Positions 1-9,900 are shown, counted from the first letter of the stretch. The stretch: DNA of 45,418 nucleotides from a virus (IMGVR_UViG_3300020388_000004:1-45418), one strand, 5' to 3'. The notes: generated by a model not told the origin, from the sequence alone. Made by a program: numbers and translations.

Positions 1-77
1 ACCGTTTTGATGTATCGTTTGCTCTTGTTAGCTCGAAAATCTCAGCGTATCCAGAATATTTCACACCTTGAGGTTCT
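1..77. repeat. Terminal direct repeat, copy 1 (circular assembly overlap)
   Basis: 1-77 is identical to 45342-45418; 77 matches a common assembler k-mer; the repeat lies inside a CDS that reads through the junction. Confidence 0.95.
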
Positions 78-688
78 GGTATGATTCCTTTCTGGTTTAG
101 TATATTTCTTGCTACCCCTGATATTTTACCATATATCTTAACTCCAAACGTCATATCTTCAGAGTCGACTATCTCCACTAAGTTAACCTCGGGAGATATG
201 TACTTTATTGCCGATATTATTCCGTCATAAGTTGCGTATGAATTGTTCTTTGAAATCTTAGCCCTTAAAAGGTGCCGGTAGTATTCATTTCTTAACTCTT
301 GGTCGTCTTTAATTCTTTTTGGGCTCGCTCTGGATGATAAATCTCCAGACCGATTATTTACTTGAATTGATACCGGGATTGAGTATTGAGCATTCCCGTA
401 TTGGCTTCTGCCATACTGGCTTTGTCCAGAGTAAACCGCAGAGCCATCAATGCCAAATCTAACAACTGTCATTTCCTGATCGACAATTACAGTCCTACCC
501 TGAACTACAACCCTGCCTATTAGGTCTAGGTTTTTAGATCGATCAATACTAAGTATATCTTGAATGTCCAAACACGCCTGATGTGCGGATTCTGCAACTT
601 CAGGAATGATAGTCAGGAAGCTTACGTTTTTAAGGTAAGCTCTATCCTGTGCAAGTATTCTTGTTTTTGCTTTATCCACTGGATTCAT
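1..688 (-). CDS. DUF2612-like baseplate wedge protein, 5' part (continues across origin to stop at 45289; 246 aa)
   Basis: Not in ORF track. ATG at 688 overlaps the gpJ stop; MNPVDKAKTRILAQ..LDLIGRVV..YYRHLLRAKISKNNS..PEPQGVKY; directly follows gpJ. Confidence 0.85.
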   Translation of the reverse strand, partial: MNPVDKAKTRILAQDRAYLKNVSFLTIIPEVAESAHQACLDIQDILSIDRSKNLDLIGRVVVQGRTVIVDQEMTVVRFGIDGSAVYSGQSQYGRSQYGNAQYSIPVSIQVNNRSGDLSSRASPKRIKDDQELRNEYYRHLLRAKISKNNSYATYDGIISAIKYISPEVNLVEIVDSEDMTFGVKIYGKISGVARNILNQKGIIPEPQGVKYSGYAEIFELTRANDTSKR

Positions 689-1899
689 GAAATTGTCACC
701 TTGATATTACCCTGCGAAAATGTTGCTAACTCTCCGTAAGCAATGCTAACTAACTGGCCAGTACCACCGTCTGTTAGAGATGCGTCAATTGACAGTACGT
801 ATCCATTCTCGGCAATAACCTTATTTACTGGAGTGTGCAGCTTACCCGCTGGCACGTCTTCGCTAATATCAAACCCTGTGCTATCAAAACCTAAACCGGT
901 GACGCCTTTGAATAGGGTTGCGTTAGCGTATTCAATGATCGCATTCTCAATGTCACTTGCTGCAGATGATGATAGCTTTCCAGTTTCCTTAACTTTCACG
1001 TCAACATAAACCGTCTTAGCTTCAGGCCTGAAGAATGTCGCCCTAAATGGGGCTCCGTGAACCGGAGTGGTTGTGCTAACTACTTCTTTATTTGGAAATG
1101 AAGTGTTAGAAAAGTTCTGGCCACATCCAGGGTTTTTCTTGCCAGCCATAGCTTTGGCTATTTCGTCATTGTCACCACCAGCAACAAATACGATATATGA
1201 CTTACCAAGCACCCCGTTAGCATCTGTTGCTAACTCTTCATTCTCATCAACAAGAAGATGCGTAACACCCTTTACATCAGATATAGCGGCACGAATTGAA
1301 TCAAGTTGATTGTTGCTTTGCTTTGCTACTTTGTTCTTTCTGCTAACTCTTAAATCTGCATCTGACTCTTCATTACTGCCAAGTATAGCTGCGTTAGGGT
1401 TTGTTACCGACTGCCAGCCCCCTACAGGCTCCGCGATTAGTGACAGGTCGCCAGAGCTTGCCGTTTGAGCGCCAGGGGTTAAGCATGTCACACTAGCTGA
1501 GGTAGCCCCAGAAATGGTTACACCAGAGTCTAAAGACCACAAAGTGCCTGTAGACTTATTTCTAACCTGCCTGCCTGCGGGTATCGTTGTTCCGTCTATT
1601 CCTGATACTGTTACTTGCGAGGTTGAGTATGTAGCATCCTCTCTGAATATCTCATTTATCGCACATAGGTTGTTTAGCCCTTGACCTACTGCAGTGTCAG
1701 GGTCGCAAGCTGAATAGGCTAGGCCAACCTGATCGTCAATGTTAGCCCACATTTCAGAGTTTATGGCGATACTGGAGCCATCCAATGACTCCGGCCTAAT
1801 ATTCCACTGACTATCTATTGCTAGGTACTTGGTTTCTATCTCGGTCTTGTACTGGATTAGCGTCTTGCCAACAAATCCACTAGATGTAATCTCAGCCAT
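685..1899 (-). CDS. Baseplate J/gp47-like protein
   Basis: 404 aa; DPDTAVGQGL, GTTIPAG and ESDADLR motifs; position in baseplate cluster. Confidence 0.9.
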   Translation of the reverse strand: MAEITSSGFVGKTLIQYKTEIETKYLAIDSQWNIRPESLDGSSIAINSEMWANIDDQVGLAYSACDPDTAVGQGLNNLCAINEIFREDATYSTSQVTVSGIDGTTIPAGRQVRNKSTGTLWSLDSGVTISGATSASVTCLTPGAQTASSGDLSLIAEPVGGWQSVTNPNAAILGSNEESDADLRVSRKNKVAKQSNNQLDSIRAAISDVKGVTHLLVDENEELATDANGVLGKSYIVFVAGGDNDEIAKAMAGKKNPGCGQNFSNTSFPNKEVVSTTTPVHGAPFRATFFRPEAKTVYVDVKVKETGKLSSSAASDIENAIIEYANATLFKGVTGLGFDSTGFDISEDVPAGKLHTPVNKVIAENGYVLSIDASLTDGGTGQLVSIAYGELATFSQGNIKVTIS

Positions 1900-2234
1900 T
1901 AGAATGACTCCACTATTTCTGATTGTCCGAACGGTGTTGCTATTGTAACACTGACGGAAACCTTACGACGAATATCCTGAACAATGCTCATTTGAGTTAT
2001 AGCTAAAACTCCGTCTGTGGTTAGAATTCTTCGGCGCAACTCCTGTTCTCTTTCCACTTCTGATGTTTTACCAAGGATGCCATTTAGCATTCTGGTTCCG
2101 TCGGTGCGATCTAGAAAATATTCACCAAAAAACATTTTCACACGCCTAACCACGCTCTTTGATATCGCCGCTTGGTCGTAAAGAAACTGCTCACCGCTGG
2201 TGGCAATCTCACCGTTAATCTGATTTCTAATCAT
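1899..2234 (-). CDS. Baseplate wedge/sheath initiator (gp25/W-like)
   Basis: 111 aa; GEYFLDRTDG and TPFG motifs; between spike and gpJ. Confidence 0.75.
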   Translation of the reverse strand: MIRNQINGEIATSGEQFLYDQAAISKSVVRRVKMFFGEYFLDRTDGTRMLNGILGKTSEVEREQELRRRILTTDGVLAITQMSIVQDIRRKVSVSVTIATPFGQSEIVESF

Positions 2235-2953
2235 TGAGGGCCGTCCGTATTGTTGGTTCCGCGAGATACGCCGCCATGTTTGTGGTTTAGCATGTCGATA
2301 GCCGCAACCATTAATCCAGTTAGCGCATTAACAACTTTCGCTGTGATCGTTTCTGTTACTGTTAAATTTCCAGTAAACGTAGATGTTGGTGATGTTACGC
2401 TAAATGCCGTGGATTCAATGTTAAAAGCCCCAGTCTTCCATTTGGTTTCAGTAACATTAACATCTAGAGAGCCGTCAGACTTCAGGTGAAAGTATTGAGA
2501 CCCGTCCTTTGTTGCCATCCACGCACCATCGTTTTTGAATCCCTTAATAACGTTGGGTAGCGATCTAAATTTGGGGTCAAAGAATGCATCTGTGATATCA
2601 AACTTTCTCATGGTTGAAGGTGGAGCGATGCCGCCAGAGTTCATCCAGTTATCAACCCCGCGCTGTGAGAAGTGAATTAAACCCTCTGTTCCTGGTGATA
2701 TCTTATGGCCGAAAACAACATCACCCCCACCAAAGCCAACGGGAACCATGATAATTTCAGGGTGGGACTTAAGAGCCCCACTATCATCAATCTTCTCTAT
2801 ACCAATCTGTACTGTAGCCATTTGCTCGTCGGGATTGAAGTCGACAACATGACCGGGTATGCAAAAAAACTTTGTTCTTAGGTATGAGTCAACACCAACC
2901 TGAATTGGCTTAGTTAGTGGACTGCCTTTTATGTGTCGCTCTATCTCAGACAT
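2231..2953 (-). CDS. Baseplate central spike (Gp138-like)
   Basis: N-terminal OB-fold-type region, beta-rich body, C-terminal HKHGGV metal-binding apex motif. Confidence 0.88.
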   Translation of the reverse strand: MSEIERHIKGSPLTKPIQVGVDSYLRTKFFCIPGHVVDFNPDEQMATVQIGIEKIDDSGALKSHPEIIMVPVGFGGGDVVFGHKISPGTEGLIHFSQRGVDNWMNSGGIAPPSTMRKFDITDAFFDPKFRSLPNVIKGFKNDGAWMATKDGSQYFHLKSDGSLDVNVTETKWKTGAFNIESTAFSVTSPTSTFTGNLTVTETITAKVVNALTGLMVAAIDMLNHKHGGVSRGTNNTDGPQ

Positions 2954-3810
2954 TGCACTCTAGTTTCCCATGTATCACCCTCAAAATCGCCTGTGTGCGT
3001 TGTTTGAAGGATTTTGTACCTACCCTGTTTAACGTTAACTTCTCGCTCGTATGCGCCGCTGTAGTTAGCTCTAGGCGATACTGATTTTAAATTAATGTAA
3101 GTGTAAGGGGTAAGTGACGGGTTAAGATTTACGACTATATTCGCGCCTACGTCAGTAACTTCAGTGCCACCTATTAATAACCGGTCAGGGTCGTATGTTT
3201 CCATGGCTTCTGATTTTACTGTGTCAGTCTTTATTATAACCGTTTTCTTGTTTTCTATCTGCCATGCAAAGTTATGCGTAACTGCAAGCTGGTTCATTGC
3301 TGACTTGACATCGGTAGATAGGGTTAGGCCCATCATGTAAGAAGGGTCTTTTGAGAAGTCGCCATAAATGGAAATAGGTAGTCCGAATTGTTGAGCTGCA
3401 TACCTGATCACGTCTATAGCTGGAGTTTCACGGCCAAAGGTTTTTTCTACCTGAGCGTTTTCAAACTCAAACCCAGAAGAGCGGCAATACATCAAAACAA
3501 CTTGGTTAATGCCGTCAGGTGAATTCTTAAATGCGTTGCGAATGATTCCGCTGAATACCAGAGACATATTACCTTCGTAACCGGCAAGTAATTCAACATC
3601 TCTATATCCCGCCTTCTCTCTGGATTCACGACTGGATAGTAGGTCTCTGTTATCACGATTTAGGCCGTAGATAGCGATTTCTGCATAGGTAACACCTCCG
3701 CCAAAAACATTTTCAACGGTGAATGTAACTTGAGGTGCATCTGGCAAGGTGCCATCAATAAGAACCTTGCCGCCTGATTTAATCTGATACTGTCTCTTGA
3801 ACTGGTTCAT
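2941..3810 (-). CDS. Baseplate hub protein
   Basis: IYGL and ELLAGYEG..VFSG motifs, C-terminal HTGDFEGDTWET; synteny. Confidence 0.8.
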   Translation of the reverse strand: MNQFKRQYQIKSGGKVLIDGTLPDAPQVTFTVENVFGGGVTYAEIAIYGLNRDNRDLLSSRESREKAGYRDVELLAGYEGNMSLVFSGIIRNAFKNSPDGINQVVLMYCRSSGFEFENAQVEKTFGRETPAIDVIRYAAQQFGLPISIYGDFSKDPSYMMGLTLSTDVKSAMNQLAVTHNFAWQIENKKTVIIKTDTVKSEAMETYDPDRLLIGGTEVTDVGANIVVNLNPSLTPYTYINLKSVSPRANYSGAYEREVNVKQGRYKILQTTHTGDFEGDTWETRVQCLR

Positions 3811-4090
3811 ACACCAACCTGTTATCTAAACTAAGGTTTGCTAGTGTTGGCTGCGCTCCCTCTAGGTATAGCTTACCAATTCCAAGCTTTAATGTTTCTA
3901 ATATGTCGACTCCAGGGTTCAGCCCCTTACCCATCAAAGGCAAGTCACCATCCTCATCGATCAATCTAACTCGGTAGTAGCCTCCATTGTAAGACCAATC
4001 AAGATGTAACTCATACTCGGCACCACCCAGCACTACAGTCGTGGTAATGTACGGCTCATTCTGAGGTAGTGGTATCTTAAATCGACTCAA
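3779..4090 (-). CDS. Baseplate plug-like small protein
   Basis: 103 aa between tube initiator and hub; typical synteny. Confidence 0.6.
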   Translation of the reverse strand: MSRFKIPLPQNEPYITTTVVLGGAEYELHLDWSYNGGYYRVRLIDEDGDLPLMGKGLNPGVDILETLKLGIGKLYLEGAQPTLANLSLDNRLVYEPVQETVSD

Positions 4091-4703
4091 GGGCTGACCC
4101 TCCTAAGTTAGAAGGCGGAGCCGCTTGAACCGACTCACTTGACCCCTCTCTCAACTGGCTCTTGTCAGGCTGTCCTGACTCAATATTTGATTGAAATGTT
4201 CTGACCTCTTTCATATCAATTATGATCTCAATTGAATTTTCGTTATCAGGGTTGCACTCGTAGTAAATCTTCTTTATGTGGTAGTTCTGATAAATACCCT
4301 TAGTTGTCACAACCTCGAAAACGCCCATTTTATCTGCTGATTCAATCATCGCCTGCCACGCCGCTGCGCTTCGAGTATCCGGTGCTGCGGCTGAGTTTGA
4401 TGCGTTGTATATTGACGCTGCCGTACCAGCAAGGCCCGTAACAAGAGGGGGAAGCTTCGAGGCTACATAGCCAACACCAGAAGCAATCAAAGAACCTAAA
4501 GGGCCCGCAAAAGGGGTGTCACTTGAGGCTACGCGCATTGTTATCATTTTTGGTAGCTTCCTAATGTGGTCTTGATAAACCGCACCACTCTCAACTGAGT
4601 AGTCAGTTGACTCATAAGACGCCTCCATAGAATCACTAAGGATGCAGTCAAATGTAACACCACCTATCGACGGGTCTGACTTGCTAAATATGGTCGTCAT
4701 CAT
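4077..4703 (-). CDS. Dit-like tail tube initiator
   Basis: TDYSVESGAVYQDH and VVTTKGIYQN motifs; follows tape measure. Confidence 0.75.
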   Translation of the reverse strand: MMTTIFSKSDPSIGGVTFDCILSDSMEASYESTDYSVESGAVYQDHIRKLPKMITMRVASSDTPFAGPLGSLIASGVGYVASKLPPLVTGLAGTAASIYNASNSAAAPDTRSAAAWQAMIESADKMGVFEVVTTKGIYQNYHIKKIYYECNPDNENSIEIIIDMKEVRTFQSNIESGQPDKSQLREGSSESVQAAPPSNLGGSALESI

Positions 4704-5800
4704 TGGCTATTCACCTTTAAATCTTGCTCGGTCTGATTGGCAGCGCCGTTAATCACCTTGTAAACAACACCTTCAATTTGGCTCTGAGACATTCCGCCAG
4801 CTTGAATTGTAATGGTGTTGTAGTTTTGCACTGGGCTTGATGAGCGATTTGTAGTGTTGTTTATCGTGCTAGACTTACTTGATTCGCTATTTGAGATTGA
4901 ACTTTCAAGCGCCTCTTTGCTGAACATTGGATTCGATCGCCAATCTTCAGGGGCGATAGAATCAAATAGATTGCCAATCAAATCTCTAATTGTGCTTTCT
5001 ACGACCTCACCACCAGCGGATTGATAGGTTTGAAAGAATCCCTCAGAGCCCTCTTGTGCCTTTCTAGCTTCAATTAGCTTGTTCGTGATGTAGTTTAGAG
5101 ACTCGGTTGAACCTTCCATTAGGTTTCCGTAGAAGTCCTGCCACGCTGCATCTGATGCTTTGGCTGCGTCAGTGTATGCTTGCTGTAGATTCTCGGCTCT
5201 GGTAGTGTTCTCTTTCGTTACATTGCCAAGCTCGTTTGACCTTGCGATCATAGCCTCATAACCCTCAACGCTTGTTTGCATCAAGTTGCGAGTGCCGGTA
5301 GAGAAACCCATCACGTCAAAAGCAGCCTGTCGGGTTTCTGTGTTCATATCTCCAAACAAGTTGATGAGTCTTTTTAGTACATCTTCCTCATCGCCACCTT
5401 GGAATAATGAGATCACATCCTGACCGGTTATCTTGGTTAGCTCTTCTAGGTATCCAAGATTGCCAATCTGCAATCCTTGCTGAGTGGAGCGAAGGTTAAG
5501 AAGAAGACCCATAGCATCTTCTTTAGCCCCACCCAGCGACTCTGACATGTGCTGAAGGTTTTGCAGTAAAATCGGGTCAATCTCAAAGGCCATTGTTTCC
5601 TTGGCCAATCCATCCCACTCTGCGGCGAGTTCGTTGGTATTTCCTAGAAGAGCATCAATAGATAACCCACCAGCGATAGCAGCACCTAGAGAAAGCGCGG
5701 AAGACTTGATCTGGTCGAACCCGCTTTGTACTTCGTTGAATTCCTTTTCATTAGCATCAACAGAGACGCCAATTAATAGCTCATCAATTACCTTTGCCAT
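4700..5800 (-). CDS. Tail tape measure protein (short, 366 aa)
   Basis: VIDELLIGVSVD N-terminus, helical composition, immediately after tail chaperones. Confidence 0.8.
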   Translation of the reverse strand: MAKVIDELLIGVSVDANEKEFNEVQSGFDQIKSSALSLGAAIAGGLSIDALLGNTNELAAEWDGLAKETMAFEIDPILLQNLQHMSESLGGAKEDAMGLLLNLRSTQQGLQIGNLGYLEELTKITGQDVISLFQGGDEEDVLKRLINLFGDMNTETRQAAFDVMGFSTGTRNLMQTSVEGYEAMIARSNELGNVTKENTTRAENLQQAYTDAAKASDAAWQDFYGNLMEGSTESLNYITNKLIEARKAQEGSEGFFQTYQSAGGEVVESTIRDLIGNLFDSIAPEDWRSNPMFSKEALESSISNSESSKSSTINNTTNRSSSPVQNYNTITIQAGGMSQSQIEGVVYKVINGAANQTEQDLKVNSQ

Positions 5801-6047
5801 TTGCCATCTCCACGTATTCAGCCATTACCTTATGCATCATCTTTAAATCTTCAATGTCGTACTTACCGACCTTTAGATCATGCCACGTACAAAGGGGAGG
5901 GAAATTGTATTTAGGCAGCCCAATACAGGGCCACCACAAAAACCAATCTACACTTTCTGCAACTTGCGAGCCATAGCCGCCGCCTTTGCGTACTCCGCCA
6001 GCTTGCCCTTTTCCACTTCCAGATAAAGAGCAAGTTCCGTAAAATTT
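5784..6047 (-). CDS. Tail assembly chaperone frameshift extension (gpT-equivalent, DUF6889-like)
   Basis: Start-less -1 frame encoding VDWFLWWPCIGLPKYNFPPLCTWHDLKVGKYDIEDLKMMHKVM..GKGN*; slippery A AAT TTT at 6047-6041. Confidence 0.75.
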   Translation of the reverse strand, partial: KFYGTCSLSGSGKGQAGGVRKGGGYGSQVAESVDWFLWWPCIGLPKYNFPPLCTWHDLKVGKYDIEDLKMMHKVMAEYVEMANGKGN

Positions 6048-6361
6048 GCAAACAACACCTTAGCGACTAGTTGCCAGTAAGCTGTAATGTCGCCATTAAA
6101 CGAAAGCTGAGTTACTTGGCTTCCATCAGGCCCTTTTGATTTCTCAAGGACTGCGGATGATACCGTTTTAAGTTTATCATCCGGCAAATCCATCATGGCC
6201 ATAATTACAGCCCCGGTCATATCCTCAATCTGAAGGAACGGCATTACCTTTCCAGAAATTAGAATCTTGGAAATATCAGCCGAGATAATTGGACCCATAC
6301 GTCCAACGTGGTAAGTCTTGCCGCTAACATCAATTGAGGTCTGACCGGTTTTGTCGAACAT
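5948..6361 (-). CDS. Tail assembly chaperone (gpG-equivalent)
   Basis: 137 aa between tube and tape measure; LVAKVLFANF motif. Confidence 0.8.
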   Translation of the reverse strand: MFDKTGQTSIDVSGKTYHVGRMGPIISADISKILISGKVMPFLQIEDMTGAVIMAMMDLPDDKLKTVSSAVLEKSKGPDGSQVTQLSFNGDITAYWQLVAKVLFANFTELALYLEVEKGKLAEYAKAAAMARKLQKV

Positions 6362-6363
6362 GA

Positions 6364-6777
6364 TTATAACTCCGAGCTATCCAAGAACATTACAGTGATC
6401 ACATCGTCCGTTACATTCTCAGCATCAGGAACGCCACGAGTGCGTGAGCCGATGTTTTGCAGTAATGGCTTGTACATGTAAATTGCTTCAGGCGCTCCGA
6501 TTTGAGCGTGAAATGATTCACCATCAAACGCATTAGATTTATCTAAATTTAGGAGAGCCGACTTCTCAGAACTTCCGGGCATTAGATTGATAGTTAAAAG
6601 TATTGGTTTGGTGGTATTTGGAACTTTAATACCGCCACCGTTAACGCCAACACGACCTGTGTTTCGCGGCTTTTGGTACTCAATAGTGTAACCAGCATCA
6701 GACAAGTTCTCGATAGGAACGCCACAAACAACTAGGTTAGAGTTGTTTGCTGAGTAATTTAAAAATTGACCAGGCAT
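6364..6777 (-). CDS. Tail tube protein (DUF3277-like)
   Basis: 137 aa directly after sheath; GRVGVNGGG and TINLMPGS motifs. Confidence 0.8.
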   Translation of the reverse strand: MPGQFLNYSANNSNLVVCGVPIENLSDAGYTIEYQKPRNTGRVGVNGGGIKVPNTTKPILLTINLMPGSSEKSALLNLDKSNAFDGESFHAQIGAPEAIYMYKPLLQNIGSRTRGVPDAENVTDDVITVMFLDSSEL

Positions 6778-6787
6778 TATTAGCTCC

Positions 6788-7936
6788 TTATTGAACTGTT
6801 AAGTCGATAACTAGAGAGTGACCAGCACGCGCCAAGTTAACTTTTGCATTGATCGGATACATCTTACGCTTGCGCTTGTCTGCGTCATTTAGCTTTAGGA
6901 TATCTTCGGCTTTGGTGTAGATGATATAACCGAACTCAGCGTACTCCATTTCGCCAGTAGTAGGGTTTTCTAGCAAACCAGCACCCAACACACCATTATC
7001 AAAGTATTGCTTCAGCAGTGCATCAGCAGCGCCAATCTGTTGAGCTTGGCCGCGTGGAGTCAGCTGTACTTTCTTGTTCTTGCGAAATACGTTGTAACAC
7101 GTAACGCGAAGGCCAGAAGACATTGCATCAACGTTAATTACGTCGTCAATGAACTCACCGTAAGATGACATCGACCAAGTGTTTAGGGTTACTCCCATAT
7201 CAACCTGATCGCCTTCCTCTGTGATTGTGTACATCACAACTTTTTTAGCTTCAAGGCCTGTAATTTCACTAGGTGATAGGTCTTCAGCGATTGCGCCAAT
7301 GATTGATTTAAACTCACCGGTGATAGCGGTCTGTAAGCCCGAGTAGTTAACCTTGGCAAATTCAGCAGCAAGACCAGCCATGAAATAAATCTGGCTTGAG
7401 TCGGTAGTTACAGAAGATGCTTGACGATAACCAATAGCAACATGGCGATTACCTTTAGCGATAATCACAGATGCGATATCATCGGACTTGTTTTCATCTG
7501 CTACGTTAGGGTTATCAGAGGCCATCCAGAAGAATGACTTGTTAGCATCCGACCAGTCGGCAAGTAAAATAACATCAGCCTCAACAGACGTTACATCCTT
7601 AGTCCAGAGGTTGTTATAAAACCATTTCTTACCACGAGCATCGTTAGCAGATGTGATCACACTGTCGTTAGATTCATCGCGCAGATAAAGAAAAAGCTCA
7701 CCGCCTTTATTAGCAAACCAACGAGAGGCAAGTTTGTATGTCTCAGTTGTTTCAGCAAAATAAGCAGCAAGCTCAGATGTTTGTTTGAATGTTTTGAACG
7801 TCTTAACAGGCCACTGAGTGCCGCCGGTTAATTCAGCACTTAGCGCAAATACGCAAGTCTTGCCAAAGTTAACGAAACCGAGGCCACCAGCCTGGATAAA
7901 CTCATTAACTTGGACGATTTTATTTACTGGAAACAT
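6788..7936 (-). CDS. Contractile tail sheath (DUF3383)
   Basis: FIDDVINVDA, KVQLTPRG, NGVLG and ARAGH C-terminal motifs. Confidence 0.88.
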   Translation of the reverse strand: MFPVNKIVQVNEFIQAGGLGFVNFGKTCVFALSAELTGGTQWPVKTFKTFKQTSELAAYFAETTETYKLASRWFANKGGELFLYLRDESNDSVITSANDARGKKWFYNNLWTKDVTSVEADVILLADWSDANKSFFWMASDNPNVADENKSDDIASVIIAKGNRHVAIGYRQASSVTTDSSQIYFMAGLAAEFAKVNYSGLQTAITGEFKSIIGAIAEDLSPSEITGLEAKKVVMYTITEEGDQVDMGVTLNTWSMSSYGEFIDDVINVDAMSSGLRVTCYNVFRKNKKVQLTPRGQAQQIGAADALLKQYFDNGVLGAGLLENPTTGEMEYAEFGYIIYTKAEDILKLNDADKRKRKMYPINAKVNLARAGHSLVIDLTVQ

Positions 7937-7963
7937 TGTTAGTCCTCGGTTGTGTTTGTTGGA

Positions 7964-8530
7964 TTATACCACGATTGGATCCGTTGTATCACCACTGGCT
8001 AATTCATTGCCATCTTCATCGTCAATCTTCCATCCGATAGAGTGAGCTATTAGCACTAGGTCTTTAACTTTACCCTCAACTATCAAGTTTACATCCATCT
8101 GATAGCGTTGGCGATATTCTGCCTGCTCAAGGTCTGTTAGGTTATTAGGAGTCGTTGCACCAGACCATTGCATTTCATTCCTAAGCAAGTGCTCAGACAC
8201 TGAATTTCGATAGTTAGACTTAAGCATTTTCCACGCCGCATCGCGAGCACCATCGCGAAAGAACTGCACGCTTACGCGAACCTTTACGCGTTGAATGGTA
8301 GTTTCTTCTGAGTCTTCCCAGTTAGGTATGTCACAATCTTCAGCAGGAACATAGAATTGCTCTCTACGCGGCGCGCCTTGAGTTCCGATAGGTTGAACGT
8401 TGTATGTGCAAAACAGATCGCGCGGGGATGATTCAGCTTGGTTAGCCACTAGAATTCGATTAAGTGGCAAGCCGGTAGCGTAGTGGATAAGAAGTTGGAA
8501 TGGCTTATTTAGCTCTTCGATATTAAACAT
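7964..8530 (-). CDS. Tail terminator/neck protein
   Basis: 188 aa upstream of sheath; SVQFFR and RYQMDV; synteny. Confidence 0.7.
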   Translation of the reverse strand: MFNIEELNKPFQLLIHYATGLPLNRILVANQAESSPRDLFCTYNVQPIGTQGAPRREQFYVPAEDCDIPNWEDSEETTIQRVKVRVSVQFFRDGARDAAWKMLKSNYRNSVSEHLLRNEMQWSGATTPNNLTDLEQAEYRQRYQMDVNLIVEGKVKDLVLIAHSIGWKIDDEDGNELASGDTTDPIVV

Positions 8531-8924
8531 CTTTAAGCATCTCTATATAAGCTGAACAGAAAAAATGATGAGGACGATTATCTGCGTATCTGACCCTGAA
8601 TTTACGAATCTCACCATGGAACAGAACGCTAACTATGCTCGCCTTGATAGTGCCGGTTAGCAATTGCCTTTCGTGGTAAACCTGTTGGCCGGTATTTAGG
8701 TGAAAAAAGAATGCATGCTGAACGTCAACAGTCCCGCCATTTTGAGTAAGAAACTCAACTGCATTTCTATCCAGATTCTGAAGGTTAACTACAGCAGTAA
8801 ATTCTTCAGGTTCGATCGTATCTTCCCAGATGCCATCTTGGTTGTAATCACCGACACCAAAGTTTTTGCACGACACATTATGCGTTGCAAAGTTCTGGTC
8901 TATTTGACCTAGCATTGAAATCAT
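8523..8924 (-). CDS. Head closure/stopper protein
   Basis: 133 aa; GDYNQDGIW motif; synteny. Confidence 0.6.
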   Translation of the reverse strand: MISMLGQIDQNFATHNVSCKNFGVGDYNQDGIWEDTIEPEEFTAVVNLQNLDRNAVEFLTQNGGTVDVQHAFFFHLNTGQQVYHERQLLTGTIKASIVSVLFHGEIRKFRVRYADNRPHHFFCSAYIEMLKDV

Positions 8925-9421
8925 AAACCTTCCTCAATATCTTCGCCCGGTAGTGATAATACGTAAGTGATTGACTGCTTTAGATGGCCAGTGTTAATCA
9001 AAGGCGTTGAACTGCCAGTACCTTTTGATTTTGCTTTAATTGTGCTTGGTGCGTTAGGCGGTTCGATACCTTCTGATATCTTCTGAACAATATTACCAAC
9101 AACCAACTCTCCAACTAGTGATTGGATTGTTCTGATATCCAAATCCTTATCAATCACATCTGGCATCATCTTGTTGTACAATTTAATTATCTGAGGTTTT
9201 GAATCTTCAATACCCGACCTAAGAAAGCTACGCTCGGGAATTCGACCATCAGCGGAGCCAAATTCATTCACTGCAGCTACTGTTGCGGTATGAACGCCAT
9301 CTTCATAGTTACCGGCAGACTTAGGAACGCCAACCAAAACAGTCGGAGCATCACGAAACTTTCTCTTTAACTCCGCAACTCTGGATGCGATCTTAGTCCC
9401 GCCAGATACTTTAACACTCAT
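8921..9421 (-). CDS. Neck/tail completion protein
   Basis: VNEFG..IPERSFLR..PPNAPSTI..PLINTGHL; ATG at 9421 preferred over 9454. Confidence 0.78.
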   Translation of the reverse strand: MSVKVSGGTKIASRVAELKRKFRDAPTVLVGVPKSAGNYEDGVHTATVAAVNEFGSADGRIPERSFLRSGIEDSKPQIIKLYNKMMPDVIDKDLDIRTIQSLVGELVVGNIVQKISEGIEPPNAPSTIKAKSKGTGSSTPLINTGHLKQSITYVLSLPGEDIEEGL

Positions 9422-9867
9422 ACCATTATTGGCCCTTGAGATGCAGCTTCCCAATACCCAAGATATTCTTGACCGTAAGTGGTCGAGTTTAACAGGTCAT
9501 CAAAACCAGTCGCACCCGGACGACCGGAAGAGCGAGCAAATCCAACTGACTCACTAGCAACTGACTTACTAGACACTGGGGCTACTGAAGATGCAATCTG
9601 ACCCATCTGTGTTACTTTCTTAGCTGCATTGCTGATAGATAGGATATGAGCTGCGTATGAGAATAAACCCTTAGCCTTGTAGCTAACCTTCACCTCGCCC
9701 TGAGATGAATCCAGATTAAACAGGTATGACCCCCATCGAGAACTGCCAGTGAAATGATCAGCCTTCAATAGCGCTTTCAGTGCTGAAGGGTTAGACCAAA
9801 CGGTAGTATCAGAAAACTCCTCATACCACTCTCTAAAATCTGAAATAACTTGATCTGTAATTTCCAT
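9418..9867 (-). CDS. Head-tail adaptor (DUF4054)
   Basis: FREWYEEF, AAHIL, SSKSV..SV and STTYGQEY motifs. Confidence 0.85.
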   Translation of the reverse strand: MEITDQVISDFREWYEEFSDTTVWSNPSALKALLKADHFTGSSRWGSYLFNLDSSQGEVKVSYKAKGLFSYAAHILSISNAAKKVTQMGQIASSVAPVSSKSVASESVGFARSSGRPGATGFDDLLNSTTYGQEYLGYWEAASQGPIMV

Positions 9868-9875
9868 TGCGCACC

Positions 9876-9900
9876 AAAAAATAAAGCCCCATATAGGGGC
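9876..9900 (-). terminator. Rho-independent terminator after capsid operon
   Basis: GCCCC-TATAT-GGGGC followed by TTTATTTTTT on minus strand. Confidence 0.75.

Noticed and set aside
5794-5976. Plus-strand 60-aa ORF from the track
   Set aside because: Antisense shadow of the frameshifted chaperone extension
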